Of a stretch of DNA of 64,000 bases, positions 1 through 10,269 are shown piece by piece (the first letter of the stretch is position 1; each line of letters opens with the position of its first letter). This DNA comes from an uncultured bacterium. GTDB taxonomy: Bacteria > Planctomycetota > UBA1135 > GCA-002686595. The position numbers were made by a program, and so were the translations under genes. The DNA lies in assembly GCA_943787795.1 (NCBI GenBank), contig CALSNU010000001.1, positions 544,001 to 608,000 of the forward strand. The letters are read 5' to 3'. A model generated the notes under the pieces. The model searched no databases. It saw nothing but the letters and a program-made list of their open reading frames with translations, and had not been told where the DNA came from.

Positions 1-760
1 GCGCCTTGTCGAACACCTGCCACGCCGCCACGGAGTCGCGCTGGACGCCGGTGCCGGCCTCGCCAACCCGCTGCGCCACGAGCGCCAGACAGGGCTCGTT
101 GTACAGCGGAGAGATCCTCCGGAGCGTGTGGGCGGTGGGCATGGCCCGGTTGGCGAGGGCCATGGCGCGGAGCGCGGTCAGGTCCTCCATCCATGCGGCC
201 TCTGTGGCCGCGATCGTCTTCAGTCCGTTTCGGATCACGGTGACCGCGAGGTCCGAAGCTGCGGCGTCGATCGTGAGGGATCCGGGCTTAAGCGCGTCAC
301 CGCCTTCATTGAGCATGGCCTTGAGGTCTCCGAAGCCGGCTCCCGTGAGCTTCTCCCTGGCTTCCGGAGCCTCAAGGGCCGCGCGCTGACGATCTCGGCA
401 GCGCTGGAACTCGAAGTCCAGCACCTCGAGGTTGAGGTCCAGGCCCCAGGCGACCTCCACGAGGCCCCACCGCCCGGCTTCGCTGCGGACGTGGACGAGC
501 CCGAGGACCTGATCCCCACGCATGGGGACATAGAGGGTATGCCGGCCCAGCTCGTTGAAGTGAAGGGTGAAGGGGAGCCGCGCACCGATCTGGCGACGGG
601 CGCCCTGGTCCACCGTCCGGACGATCGATCGATAGCTCGTGGCCTTTGGAAAGAGGCTGTAGATCTGTCGGTTGGGATCGCGGAGCGCGCAAAACGCCTG
701 GGCGTGGGCGGCGCTGCAGAGCGTCGCGGCGATCAGGAGGTAGCTGAGGAAGCGAGTCAT
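1..760 (-). CDS. Secreted hypothetical protein, possibly FMN-binding-domain-like; partial, runs off the window's left edge
   Basis: Manual translation from ATG at 760: MTRFLSYLLIAATLCSAAHAQAFCALRDPNRQIYSLFPKATSYRSIVRTVD..., with an AHA|Q signal peptide and open to position 1. Absent from the ORF track because there is no stop in the window. Family call is from resemblance only. Confidence 0.7.
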   Translation of the reverse strand, partial: MTRFLSYLLIAATLCSAAHAQAFCALRDPNRQIYSLFPKATSYRSIVRTVDQGARRQIGARLPFTLHFNELGRHTLYVPMRGDQVLGLVHVRSEAGRWGLVEVAWGLDLNLEVLDFEFQRCRDRQRAALEAPEAREKLTGAGFGDLKAMLNEGGDALKPGSLTIDAAASDLAVTVIRNGLKTIAATEAAWMEDLTALRAMALANRAMPTAHTLRRISPLYNEPCLALVAQRVGEAGTGVQRDSVAAWQVFDKA

Positions 761-784
761 TGGAGTGGGCCTTGGGCGGTGGTC

Positions 785-1825
785 CTAGAAGCGGTAGCGG
801 AGCTGTAGGGTGAGGGAGCCGGGGTGTCCGCTACCCGGATCAAGGGGCTCGAGCACTTGCACGTACTGGGTGCTCAGCGACCACCCAACGGCGGGTTCCC
901 AGCGGACGCCCATGAGTGAGTTGAGCCCGGTCTCTCGGTCCTTGTCCGTCGCAACGACCTGGACCCAGGCGAGGATCGTCTCCTCCGGGTTGCGCCAGTT
1001 GACCTCCCCCAGGCCGCGCGTGATGTCCACCGAGTCATTGTCCTTGCCCGTGGAGAACTCGGCAAAGAAGCCCATCGGTCCGCGATAGACCTGGGCGTCG
1101 AGTCCGAAGCGAGTACGGGGCACGATCCCTCCCGGGGTTTGGAACTCTCCGTCCACGAAGGAGAGGCCAAAGACCTCGGCCCCGTCGCGCGGGGTACCAA
1201 GTCGGCCGCTGAGGACGCCGCTGCCGCCGTCGTCGCGATACTCGTTGCCCGAGCCGCGGCTCCAGGCGAACTCGTACTCGAGGGCAGCGAGGTCCCCGTT
1301 CACGGTCGCTCCCCAATCCGCCTTCAGGCCGAAGTTGCCGCCGTGGGTGTAGTCACGGAGCGTTCCGTTGGTGTTGATGGTCTGCTCAAGGCCGTAGGGG
1401 AGCTCGAAGTGCCCGACCCGAAGATTGAGCGCGCCGTCTTGCAGCAGCTTGAAGTTGACGTTCGCGATCCTCCAGATCAGCTCCCAGTCGTCCGGGCCGT
1501 CAAAGACCGGCGGGGTCGGCACGAGATCATTGGCCCGGGTCATGTACGGCTGGAACAGCAGCGTGGCCACGTCGCGGTTACCGCTCGTGAAGACCTTGTG
1601 CAGGTCCAGACCGAAGAAGCCGAGGGACTTCAGGTACCCAGTGTCATCGAAGACCCCTCGACCGCTGACGTCGAACTTCCAACGGAGGTTCTCTCTCCAG
1701 GCGTCGAGCCACGACGGCTCGCGGGTCGGCGTGAGTTGGACGAACTCATCTGGCAGGCCCGGCTGCGTTCCGGACTGTGGAGCGAGGCCGGCGGCCAGAA
1801 TCAACGTGATGGGCAGGAGGGTCAT
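785..1825 (-). CDS. Outer-membrane beta-barrel (porin-like) protein
   Basis: Signal peptide, amphipathic beta-strands, 'LNLRVGHFELPYGLE' porin-like motif, C-terminal 'LQLRYRF' BamA-type signature. Confidence 0.75.
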   Translation of the reverse strand: MTLLPITLILAAGLAPQSGTQPGLPDEFVQLTPTREPSWLDAWRENLRWKFDVSGRGVFDDTGYLKSLGFFGLDLHKVFTSGNRDVATLLFQPYMTRANDLVPTPPVFDGPDDWELIWRIANVNFKLLQDGALNLRVGHFELPYGLEQTINTNGTLRDYTHGGNFGLKADWGATVNGDLAALEYEFAWSRGSGNEYRDDGGSGVLSGRLGTPRDGAEVFGLSFVDGEFQTPGGIVPRTRFGLDAQVYRGPMGFFAEFSTGKDNDSVDITRGLGEVNWRNPEETILAWVQVVATDKDRETGLNSLMGVRWEPAVGWSLSTQYVQVLEPLDPGSGHPGSLTLQLRYRF

Positions 1826-2094
1826 GCTGGGCCACGGGTCGTGGAGTCGTCAGGGACTGTCGAGTCTTGGGCAGGTTTGGTCTCTCGGTCCAGGGACGAC
1901 ATCGTCGTTCAGGCGCCTGAAATGAAGAAGGGGGCAGGCTGAGCGGGAAATTTACTTGGAAGAAATGAGGTCGTCGGTCCGCTTCGGACCCGCGATGGGC
2001 AATCCTGTTTCACGGAGAGCGTGCGGAATAATGCCGAGGGCACCCGCATGCGCCGCTCCACTCCTGCACGGACTCTTCTGCTCCCACCGACTCC

Positions 2095-5000
2095 ATGTCC
2101 CTCCGGAACCTGCTCCTCGCCACCGTGGCCCTCGCGTCGGCCGTCGCCGCGTATCTCTTCCTCGCCGGGCCGCCCCCGGAGACCACGGTCGAGGTGAACC
2201 GGAATATCGTCCGGGAAGCGCCGGCGGAGGTCGCGGCCGAGGTGACCCTCGCGAACACATCCGAGGGCGGAGCGGTCCTCGGGCGCCGGGACGCTGCCGA
2301 GGCCGTGCTGGCGGCGGCGACCACCATCGATCATCCGTGGGGCGAGTTGCTGGCCGGGGTGACCGGTCGGATTGTCGAGGAGGACGGATCGCCAGTCGTC
2401 GCCATCCGAGTCGAGCTCCTGGAGGGAGACCTTGGTGCGCTTCTCGAGCCCCAATTCACTGCGATGGGACACGCGGATCTCTCCGCTGGGGAGTGCCTGA
2501 CCGATCCGGAAGGCCGCTTTCTGATCCCAGGTGCGGTGTCCAACGGTTTGCACGCCTTCGCCATCGACAGCGGCGGCGGCCGCTCGACCTTGCGCGTGGT
2601 GGAGCATGGGCTGGAGCCGGGCAGGCTCACGGACGTCGGAGACATCGTGCTGCCTCGCTGTGGAACGGTCACGGGCACCGTCTTTGATGAGGACGGTGAG
2701 CCGGTCCCCGGAGCGCGTGTCCGAATCGCGCCCATCCCGGAGATCGCGCTGCAGGGAACGGGCATCCTCGACCTGCGGGAGAAGTGCATGATCGCCGGCG
2801 CTGACGGCGGTGAGGCCCTGGGGGTCCAGCTCCCCGACTTCCTCATGGCGAACATGAAGCGCCTCCCGATCCCGACCACCACCACGGCCGAGGACGGGAC
2901 GTTCCGCCTGGAGGGCGTTCCTTTCGCGACGGTCTGCGGCGGCGTGGACAAGCCCGGCTACGTCGCGACGGTGATCTCCACCTTCACCATGAGTCAGGAG
3001 GAGCAGTCGGTGGGAGAGCTGGACCTCGAGGTCGGCCGCCGGGTGACCGGGCGGGTGATCGACGAGCTGGGCGAGCCGGTGGCGGGGGCCGAGGTCTGCG
3101 CAGGCGTGACCAGCATGCTCGCCCCCGTCGGAATCCTCCAGCCGACGAACGTGACCGCGGACGACGGGACCTTCGAGGTGATCGGGATCAGCGAGCTGGG
3201 GACCCCGATGGCGTCGGCGCGTCGTTCCGGCCGCGACTCCTGGGTGACCAAGAAGGGCAGCGGGAGCAACGCCGCCGTCGAGATCGTCCTCAGCGCGGCC
3301 GCCCGCCTCGTCGTGCGCGTCGAGGACGAGGAGGGTGAACCGGTCACCGGCGCCGACGTCAAGCTCCGGGAGCAGGACGGAAAGAACGAGGCCATCCCGG
3401 CGCTCGCCCTCTCCATGCTCAATATCCGCACCACCACCCCGCCTCCCTCCGTCAAGGAGCGCGAGCCGGGGATCTACGTCGTGGATGCGCTCGGTCTCGG
3501 GGAGTGGGTCGTGCGAGTGGAGTCCGAGCTGCACGCCCCAGCGGAGACGAAGATCAAGCACAGCTCGGAGGAGACCGAGTGCGTGATCACCTGCCGCCCG
3601 GCGCGGACCGTGACGGCGATGGTCCTCGACGCCGCGACGGGCCTGCCCATCGAGAACGCCTATGTGCGGGTCGCGGGCCAGAGCGACCGCCTCCTCGGGG
3701 GCTTCGCCGCCAGGTTCTCCGACGTCGAGGGCCGCGCGGTGCTCGGCCCGCTCCCGCTCGCGGGGGACAAGGCGCTGGATCAGTCCATGGGGTGGTTCAC
3801 CCTCGAGCCGATCATGACGGTCGAGCACCCGGCCTACGGCTCCGAGGGCAAGCTCTTGCCCAAGGAGAGCGACCAGGTGGTCTTCGAGATGACGCCGGCG
3901 TGCACCCTGAACGGACGGGTCACATGGGCGGGCTCAGCGCCGCTGGAGATCTACATGGTGTCGCTCGTACGGAGGCCCTCCGAGCGCGGAGTGGGGAGGC
4001 CTGGCAGCGACACCACGATGATGATGTCGATGATGATGTCCTCGCCCAGGACCACCCTGACCGACCTGGCCGGCGAGTTCCGGTTCAGCGGCCTCGCGGC
4101 CGGCAGCTACGAGATGATCCTCTCGCGGCGGTTCCTGGACAGCGATCCGCTCGAGTTCATCATCAAGCAGCAGGAGCCCGAGGTCGTCCTGACGCAGCCC
4201 GTGGAGATCGCGTCCGGCGACGAGAACTTCACCGAGATCGAGCTGGAGCCCGATGGAGAGGCCCCGCGGGCGATCTTCACCGGCCGCGTCGAGGTCAACG
4301 GAGAGGGCCTCGCTGGAGCGAAGGTCACCGTCACCCCCGGGAACCGGCGGAACAAGGAGCAGCCCGAGGAGATGGAGTTCCGCACCAACAGCAGCGGCGA
4401 GTTCCGGACCGACCCCCTCTCCACGAACGACTGGGTCAACATCGAGATCGTTGGGGACGTCCAGCTCCCCGGCGGCGCCGTGGAGGAGCGGGAGCTCTTC
4501 TCCGAGTGGAAGAAGCCCAACGTCGACGAGGACAAGAACCGCATCGAGGTGGTGCTCAACTTCGCCGAGGTGGTGATCGAGGTCCTCGACGCGGACACGG
4601 GATCGCCCGTCGCCGGCGCGGAGGTCACCATCGGTGGGCGGAGCCGCGGGGACTGGGGCGGGTTCAGAGGGTCGTTGGCCGTTGAGGCCACCGCGACGGT
4701 CAGGGCAGAGGGCTCCGGGACCGACGCCGATGGGCTCATCACGATCCAGGTGGAGCGCAAGGGCGAGCAGAGCGCGTCGGTCTCGCACCCGGAATACGAG
4801 GAGCTGAGGGCTCAGGTCACCCTGGACCCCGACGGCCCAGCGCCCCACGCGACGCTGCGGCTCCAGCGCTCCGTTCCTTGCGGCGGAAGAGCCGTCCTGC
4901 CGGAGAGCTTCATGGATTCTGATTCGCGCGGCTTCAGCATCCGGCGTGAGGGGCAACGGCGCGGCACCAAATACGTGTCGCTCGACGATGGGGAGGTGTT

Positions 5001-5133
5001 CTCGGTCAGTGGCCTCAAGCCGGGGACCTACACGGCCTCCGCGTGGTCCGGGCGCCGACGCACGAAGTCCCTGACCTTCGAGCTCGGCTCCCAGGGGAAC
5101 CAGAACCTGGTCCTGGAGTTCGAGGAGCGCTGA
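2095..5133 (+). CDS. Membrane-anchored protein with repeated carboxypeptidase-regulatory-like (Cna-B-like) domains
   Basis: N-terminal TM helix; repeated 'G.V.DE.G.PV.GA.V....T..DG.F' units over 1012 aa. Confidence 0.8.
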   Translation: MSLRNLLLATVALASAVAAYLFLAGPPPETTVEVNRNIVREAPAEVAAEVTLANTSEGGAVLGRRDAAEAVLAAATTIDHPWGELLAGVTGRIVEEDGSPVVAIRVELLEGDLGALLEPQFTAMGHADLSAGECLTDPEGRFLIPGAVSNGLHAFAIDSGGGRSTLRVVEHGLEPGRLTDVGDIVLPRCGTVTGTVFDEDGEPVPGARVRIAPIPEIALQGTGILDLREKCMIAGADGGEALGVQLPDFLMANMKRLPIPTTTTAEDGTFRLEGVPFATVCGGVDKPGYVATVISTFTMSQEEQSVGELDLEVGRRVTGRVIDELGEPVAGAEVCAGVTSMLAPVGILQPTNVTADDGTFEVIGISELGTPMASARRSGRDSWVTKKGSGSNAAVEIVLSAAARLVVRVEDEEGEPVTGADVKLREQDGKNEAIPALALSMLNIRTTTPPPSVKEREPGIYVVDALGLGEWVVRVESELHAPAETKIKHSSEETECVITCRPARTVTAMVLDAATGLPIENAYVRVAGQSDRLLGGFAARFSDVEGRAVLGPLPLAGDKALDQSMGWFTLEPIMTVEHPAYGSEGKLLPKESDQVVFEMTPACTLNGRVTWAGSAPLEIYMVSLVRRPSERGVGRPGSDTTMMMSMMMSSPRTTLTDLAGEFRFSGLAAGSYEMILSRRFLDSDPLEFIIKQQEPEVVLTQPVEIASGDENFTEIELEPDGEAPRAIFTGRVEVNGEGLAGAKVTVTPGNRRNKEQPEEMEFRTNSSGEFRTDPLSTNDWVNIEIVGDVQLPGGAVEERELFSEWKKPNVDEDKNRIEVVLNFAEVVIEVLDADTGSPVAGAEVTIGGRSRGDWGGFRGSLAVEATATVRAEGSGTDADGLITIQVERKGEQSASVSHPEYEELRAQVTLDPDGPAPHATLRLQRSVPCGGRAVLPESFMDSDSRGFSIRREGQRRGTKYVSLDDGEVFSVSGLKPGTYTASAWSGRRRTKSLTFELGSQGNQNLVLEFEER

Positions 5134-5197
5134 GCGGGCGGGCGGGGGCTGGCCCGACCGCTGATCCGACGGCTGGCCCCCGCCGGACTCGACCCCA

Positions 5198-6322
5198 TCA
5201 ACCGGGCGCGTCCAGCGAGGCCCTCATCAGGGCCTCGAACCAGCGTCCTGCGCAGTCCTCCCAGCGATGTTCGTGGCAGGGAGGGTGATCGGGAGGGTGA
5301 CCGGGAGGGTGGGCGATGGCGCTGACGGCGATGCACTCCATGATCGCGCGAGCAACCTCGTCCGGGTCGGCCGGGGAGAAGAAGGTGGCCCCATCGCCGC
5401 TGACCTCAAGGTGGGCAGGAATGGCGGAAGCCGCCACGGGGCAGCCCGCGCGGAGCGCCTCGGCGGGCCCGATCCCGAAACCCTCCAGGACAGAGGGAAA
5501 CACCGCGCAGGCGGCCGTGGAGTAGAGGCGCGCCAGCTCCTCATCGGAGACCGTGCCGAGCATCTCGATCTTGCTCGCCAGGCCTCGGTGCTCGGCGATA
5601 GCGAGGAGCCGGGGGGCCGAGTCACCCTTCGCTGCGCCTGCCAGAACGAGGCGCGGGAGCGCGGGGTAGCGGTCCATGGCCTCGATGATGAGGGCGAGGT
5701 TCTTTCGCGGCTCAAGGTGCCCGACGTGGAGCATGAACGGTGAGGAGCTTGGCGCCCGCGGCAGCAGGCGGAGGTGGTCCTCGCCGTTGCCGATGAGGTC
5801 CAGCCGCGAGGCGGCGGTGGGGAACTCCTCGGCGATGCGTGCTCGGACGGCGTCGCTCACGCAGAGGACCCGCTGCGCTCGGGTGACCGCGCTATCCAAA
5901 GTCCTGCGTCCGACGGCCCGGCGGGCGAGGCTCGTACCGCGGAAGTCGAGGCTGCGCAGGTCGTGGACGGTGAGGGTGTACGGGACAGGCAGGCCCGCCG
6001 GGGCCGGGAGGTGTCCGGTGTGAACCAGGTCGAACGGCGCGCCCAAACGAGCGGCCTCCCCAAGGCAGCGCCGCAGCGCCCGGCCTTCCTTGAGCGCCCG
6101 CATGAGCGCGGGCTGATAGGGGACGTCGCTTGGGACCCTGGCGATGTCGGAGGGGAGGTCCCAGCCCACCGGAGTCCGGCCCTCCATCACGGTCAGGCCT
6201 CCTCCGGCCCCGCGGAGGAGCCGCTCGAGCCGCGGGAGCAGCTCGGCATTGTGTCGCCGGACGCCACCCGCAGGTTGTCCGAGGCAGGCACCCGAGACGA
6301 GGACTCGGGGAGCCCGCGTCAA
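5198..6322 (-). CDS. Glycosyltransferase family 4 (GT-B)
   Basis: 'TVHDL', 'VGHLEPRKN', 'FPSVLEGFGIGPAEA' motifs. Start reassigned to TTG at 6322, which overlaps the upstream stop (TTGA). Confidence 0.85.
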   Translation of the reverse strand: MTRAPRVLVSGACLGQPAGGVRRHNAELLPRLERLLRGAGGGLTVMEGRTPVGWDLPSDIARVPSDVPYQPALMRALKEGRALRRCLGEAARLGAPFDLVHTGHLPAPAGLPVPYTLTVHDLRSLDFRGTSLARRAVGRRTLDSAVTRAQRVLCVSDAVRARIAEEFPTAASRLDLIGNGEDHLRLLPRAPSSSPFMLHVGHLEPRKNLALIIEAMDRYPALPRLVLAGAAKGDSAPRLLAIAEHRGLASKIEMLGTVSDEELARLYSTAACAVFPSVLEGFGIGPAEALRAGCPVAASAIPAHLEVSGDGATFFSPADPDEVARAIMECIAVSAIAHPPGHPPDHPPCHEHRWEDCAGRWFEALMRASLDAPG

Positions 6323-7305
6323 GCCAACGATCTCCAGAGCCGAACGAGGTCGTCCGCCGTCCGCTCCCAGGTGAAGTCCTCCGCGACTGCGCGCGTCATG
6401 AGCCGGTGCTGCGGGCTGGCGTGGATCGCCATGAGCAGGCCCCGGGAGACGGCCCCGGCGTCCCGCGCGTCGACCTCGATGGCCGTCCCCATCGCGGTCT
6501 TCGCCTGCACGGTCCTCGCGGCGGTCACGACCGGCCGACCGGATCGCATGGCCTCGAGGACAGGCAGGGCGAACCCCTCGGACTTCGACAGGACGGCGAG
6601 GCACCCGGAGGCCCGCACCAGGGCCGGGATGAAGCGCTCCTCCACCTCGCCAAGGAGGGTCAGGGAGCTGGAGCGGGCCCGCACAGCCTCGGCGTAGGGG
6701 GTCACTCTCCCAGTGGCGATCACGGGGAGCTTGGCGAGCTCAGCGCCCGCACAGATCCGGTCGAGGCGCTTCTTCTGGCGGTTCCCGAGCGAGAGAACGT
6801 AGGGCCCTTCAGGCAGCTCGGGGATGGCCTGCCGCAGCAGGTCGTCGGTCTCGTCCTTGGTGGATGTGAAGCGGTCGCTGACGCCCCAGGAGACGACGCG
6901 CAGACTCGGGTGAGCGCCGAGGTCGTCCGCGACGCCAATGGAAGGAACGCAGGTGGCCGCGGCCCAGCGCTTTCCGGCGGAGACCCAGAGCCTGTGGACC
7001 GGCCCCGCGTTCTCCCGGGCGCCGTGCTGCCACGGCGCCTCGTGGACCGTCTGGACGACGGGGACCGAGCAGCGCAGAGTGAAGGCCGAGGTGAACGAGT
7101 GGAGGACATCAGCCCGGACCGCCGCGACCGTCCGCGGGAGCGAGGTCTGGCGCCACGCAATGAGTCGACCTCGATCCGGGGGAGCGATGGGGACGACGCT
7201 GATGTCATCCCGTGCCTCCAGGGCTTCCAGGGTCGCACGGACCACGCGGGTCACTCCCGAGGGGAAGACTCGGGTGATGGGAGAAATATCGATCGCGACA
7301 CGCAT
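6319..7305 (-). CDS. Glycosyltransferase family 4 (GT-B)
   Basis: MRVAID start, 'TVHE', 'SEGFALPVLEAM', 'FTWERTA' motifs. Confidence 0.85.
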   Translation of the reverse strand: MRVAIDISPITRVFPSGVTRVVRATLEALEARDDISVVPIAPPDRGRLIAWRQTSLPRTVAAVRADVLHSFTSAFTLRCSVPVVQTVHEAPWQHGARENAGPVHRLWVSAGKRWAAATCVPSIGVADDLGAHPSLRVVSWGVSDRFTSTKDETDDLLRQAIPELPEGPYVLSLGNRQKKRLDRICAGAELAKLPVIATGRVTPYAEAVRARSSSLTLLGEVEERFIPALVRASGCLAVLSKSEGFALPVLEAMRSGRPVVTAARTVQAKTAMGTAIEVDARDAGAVSRGLLMAIHASPQHRLMTRAVAEDFTWERTADDLVRLWRSLA

Positions 7306-7369
7306 CAGTCGGAAGCCTTCCACGAACAACCCTACACTGGTCCGCTCCATTCCTGACGACGCAACCCAC

Positions 7370-7765
7370 ATGACGACCCTCACCTTGAGCCCGCTCCGAC
7401 GCCTGGCTCCGCTTCTCCTCGCGGTCAGCGTCCTTCCCGGCTGCTTCTTCAGCCGATCTCAGACGAATCCCGAGTTGAGCCCGGAGCTCGCGAGCCAGAT
7501 CATCCCCGCGCAGTCCACCGCCGCTGACGTGACTGAACTCCTGGGTGCACCGAACGAGGTCGTCCAGCTGGGGCTTCGGACGGCCTGGCGCTACGAGCAT
7601 ACGGTCGAGAAGCAGAGCGCTGCCTTCCTCGTGTTTCTCGGGCTGCGTGGTGTGGATACTCAGTCAGATCGCGTCTGGGTGTTCTTCGATAGCGAGGGCA
7701 ACGTGACGAACATCGGGACTCAGTTCCAGGCCTCTGAGGCCGAGTACGACGTCCCCATCTTCTGA
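7370..7765 (+). CDS. Lipoprotein, BamE/SmpA-like fold
   Basis: Lipobox 'VLPGC'; 'TAADVTELLGAP...WRY...VWVFFDSEGNV' pattern. Confidence 0.7.
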   Translation: MTTLTLSPLRRLAPLLLAVSVLPGCFFSRSQTNPELSPELASQIIPAQSTAADVTELLGAPNEVVQLGLRTAWRYEHTVEKQSAAFLVFLGLRGVDTQSDRVWVFFDSEGNVTNIGTQFQASEAEYDVPIF

Positions 7766-7767
7766 GC

Positions 7768-8214
7768 GTGTTGTCCAAGCCCCTCAAGTGCTCCGCGCTG
7801 CTTGCGCCGTTGTTGGCCTCCTGCGTGACCGGTGACTACAACCAGACCCGGGTCTACCAGCCCGTGTCGGAGGAGGCTGTGGCGGCGCTGGAGGTTGGTC
7901 GATCCGGGCTCGAGCAGGCGCTCGAGGATCTCGGGGCACCGCTCCAGGTCATCGAGCTCGGGGCGGGGGCTGCGCTGGCCTGGGGCTGGAAGGAGGCCAC
8001 GGACTGGAACGTCACCGGCTCGGCCAGCATCGGGAGCGTGCGCGGTCGTCTTCAGTTCGCCAACGCGGCCCTCGAGTTCCCGGGCGTGGTGCTCTTCTTC
8101 GACGGTGACTGGGTCCTCATGGCCAAGGAGAGAGGGTTCCTCTCCGAGCTCTTGCTGCGGCCCCAGCTCCCCCGTCTGGTCGAGGACGGCGGCGCCCCCG
8201 AGACCGGAGCCTGA
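7768..8214 (+). CDS. Lipoprotein, BamE/SmpA-like, probable paralog of the upstream gene
   Basis: Lipobox 'LLASC'; 'LEDLGAPLQV.ELG...W...VVLFFDGD'. Confidence 0.65.
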   Translation: MLSKPLKCSALLAPLLASCVTGDYNQTRVYQPVSEEAVAALEVGRSGLEQALEDLGAPLQVIELGAGAALAWGWKEATDWNVTGSASIGSVRGRLQFANAALEFPGVVLFFDGDWVLMAKERGFLSELLLRPQLPRLVEDGGAPETGA

Positions 8215-8226
8215 GAGGACCAGATC

Positions 8227-10269
8227 TTGTCTGCCTCCCAGTCTAGAACCGCCTGTCCGTTCGACTGCCCCGATACCTGCGGGATGGCCGTCGAGGTGGA
8301 CTCTGCCGGGGCGGTTACGCGGATCAGGGGGGAGCGTGAACACCAGTGGTCGAGGGGATCCCTGTGCGGGAAGACGGCCAGCTACGCGGACCTCATCCAC
8401 TCCCCTGACCGGCTCGACGTTCCGCTCATCCGGCGCCGCGGCGAACTGGTCCGCGCGACCTGGGACGAGGCCCTGGCGGCGATCGTGGAGGGCCTCGACG
8501 GGATCGCTGGACAGGACATTCTCGCGCTCAACTACGCAGGCAACATGGGTTTGGTCCAGCGCCGGTTTCCGATGCGCCTCATGCATGCACTCGGGGCGAC
8601 CTCCCACGACTACGGCGTGTGCGACGCCGCCGCCGAGGCGGGCTTCAGCGCCGTGAATGGTCGCTCCGTGGGACCCGACCTTGACGAGGAAGCGGCGCCT
8701 GGGCGCTGTGATTTCTTCCTCCTCTGGGGGAGTGACGCCAAGCGCACCTCGCCCCATCTCCTGCCGCGGCTCAAGGCGCTCGCGGCGGCGGGCGTCCCGG
8801 TCGTCGTCATCGACGTCTATCGCTCGGAGACGATCGAGGTGGTCGAGGCCTGGGGTGGTCGGGGGCTGATCCTGCACCCCGGTAGCGACGGCGCGCTCGC
8901 GCTGGGACTCGCCATGCGGGCCTTCGACGAGCGGGCGGCGGACCTGGCCTTCGTGAAGGACCGATGCGTCGGCGGCGCGGAGTTTCGCGCCGAGCTTGCG
9001 GGGTCCTGGCCCCTGGAGCGTATGACGCGTGAGACCGGGCTGAGCGAGGGGGAGATCAAGGAGCTCTCGGCGGCGCTCCACGGCGCGAAGTCGCCCCTCA
9101 TCAAGGCCGGCATTGGGTTCGCCCGGCGCCGGAACGGGGGAGAGAACATGCGGGCGGTCGCGAGCCTCGCGGCGACGCTGGGCTGGTCGGATCGACTGTT
9201 CTTTCAGACGGGCGATCACTTCGGGCTGGATGATCGGGTGATCTCGCGTCCTGAGATCCGCGTCGGCGCGCCGCCCGAGCCCGTCAGCCAGGTCGGCCTC
9301 GGCCGAACCCTCGCAGGCGGTCGGTTCCGCGCGGCCTTCGTCTGGGGCCACAACCCCGCAGCCACGCTCCCTGACTCACGCCGCGTGCGGCAAGGGCTCG
9401 CTCGGGACGATCTGTTCCTGGTGGTGCATGAGCTCTTCATGACAGAGACGGCGAAGCTGGCGGACGTTGTCCTGCCAGCGACTGCCGTCACCGAGCACTC
9501 GGATGTGTTCCGAAGCTACGGGCATCGCACTCTGCAGGTGGGGTGGAAGTGCAGCGCGCCCCCCGGGGAGCAACGCAGCAACGTCGACTGTTTCTCGGCC
9601 ATCGGGCGAGCCCTCGGGTTCACCGGGGCGGCGGGGTTCCCGGAGGAGGGGCGCGGCCCTGCCTTCGAGGTGGACGAGGCCGTGTTGGTCGGGGAGCTCC
9701 TGGCAGCGAACAGGGCACGCTTCACCGACGATGAGTACGGAAGAGCGGTGGCCGGTGAACCGGTGAAGCTGAGCCCCCGCATCCTCGAGGGCACGGGGAC
9801 GCCGTCCGGGAAGATCGAGCTCGTATCCGAGGAAGTGGAGGCGGCCGGCGGTTCACGTGTGGCCCGCTGGCGCCCGGATGACGGCGCGGGCATGGCGGGG
9901 ACCTTCCGGCTCCTCTCGACACCCTCGACCGCGACTCACAACTCAACCTTCATGCACGTGGCCCGGCATCGGGCGCGGCTCGGGGAGCCCCGTGTCCACG
10001 TGCACCCCTTGGACCTTGAGGCGACGGGCGTCGCCGCCGGTGAGCGGGTCTGTGTCCAGAGTGAATTCGGCTCGGTGACCCTCAGGGCCGTGCCCGATGA
10101 GGGCCTCCCGCGAAAGACGGTCCGGGTGGACGGGTTTGTGAACGAGGACTTGGTGCCGGAGGGCGTGGGCGTCAACGCCCTCGTGAGCCCGGTGACCTCG
10201 GACCTCGGGGGAGGAAACGTGCTCTACAGCACCCGAGTGGAGCTGCAACGGCCGAAGGAGAGCACATGA
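8227..10269 (+). CDS. Molybdopterin (bis-PGD) oxidoreductase with N-terminal 4Fe-4S cluster
   Basis: 'CPFDCPDTC...G.LCGK' Fe-S motif, 'VVHELFMTETAKLADVVLPA', C-terminal MGD-binding domain; no Tat signal seen. Confidence 0.9.
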   Translation: MSASQSRTACPFDCPDTCGMAVEVDSAGAVTRIRGEREHQWSRGSLCGKTASYADLIHSPDRLDVPLIRRRGELVRATWDEALAAIVEGLDGIAGQDILALNYAGNMGLVQRRFPMRLMHALGATSHDYGVCDAAAEAGFSAVNGRSVGPDLDEEAAPGRCDFFLLWGSDAKRTSPHLLPRLKALAAAGVPVVVIDVYRSETIEVVEAWGGRGLILHPGSDGALALGLAMRAFDERAADLAFVKDRCVGGAEFRAELAGSWPLERMTRETGLSEGEIKELSAALHGAKSPLIKAGIGFARRRNGGENMRAVASLAATLGWSDRLFFQTGDHFGLDDRVISRPEIRVGAPPEPVSQVGLGRTLAGGRFRAAFVWGHNPAATLPDSRRVRQGLARDDLFLVVHELFMTETAKLADVVLPATAVTEHSDVFRSYGHRTLQVGWKCSAPPGEQRSNVDCFSAIGRALGFTGAAGFPEEGRGPAFEVDEAVLVGELLAANRARFTDDEYGRAVAGEPVKLSPRILEGTGTPSGKIELVSEEVEAAGGSRVARWRPDDGAGMAGTFRLLSTPSTATHNSTFMHVARHRARLGEPRVHVHPLDLEATGVAAGERVCVQSEFGSVTLRAVPDEGLPRKTVRVDGFVNEDLVPEGVGVNALVSPVTSDLGGGNVLYSTRVELQRPKEST

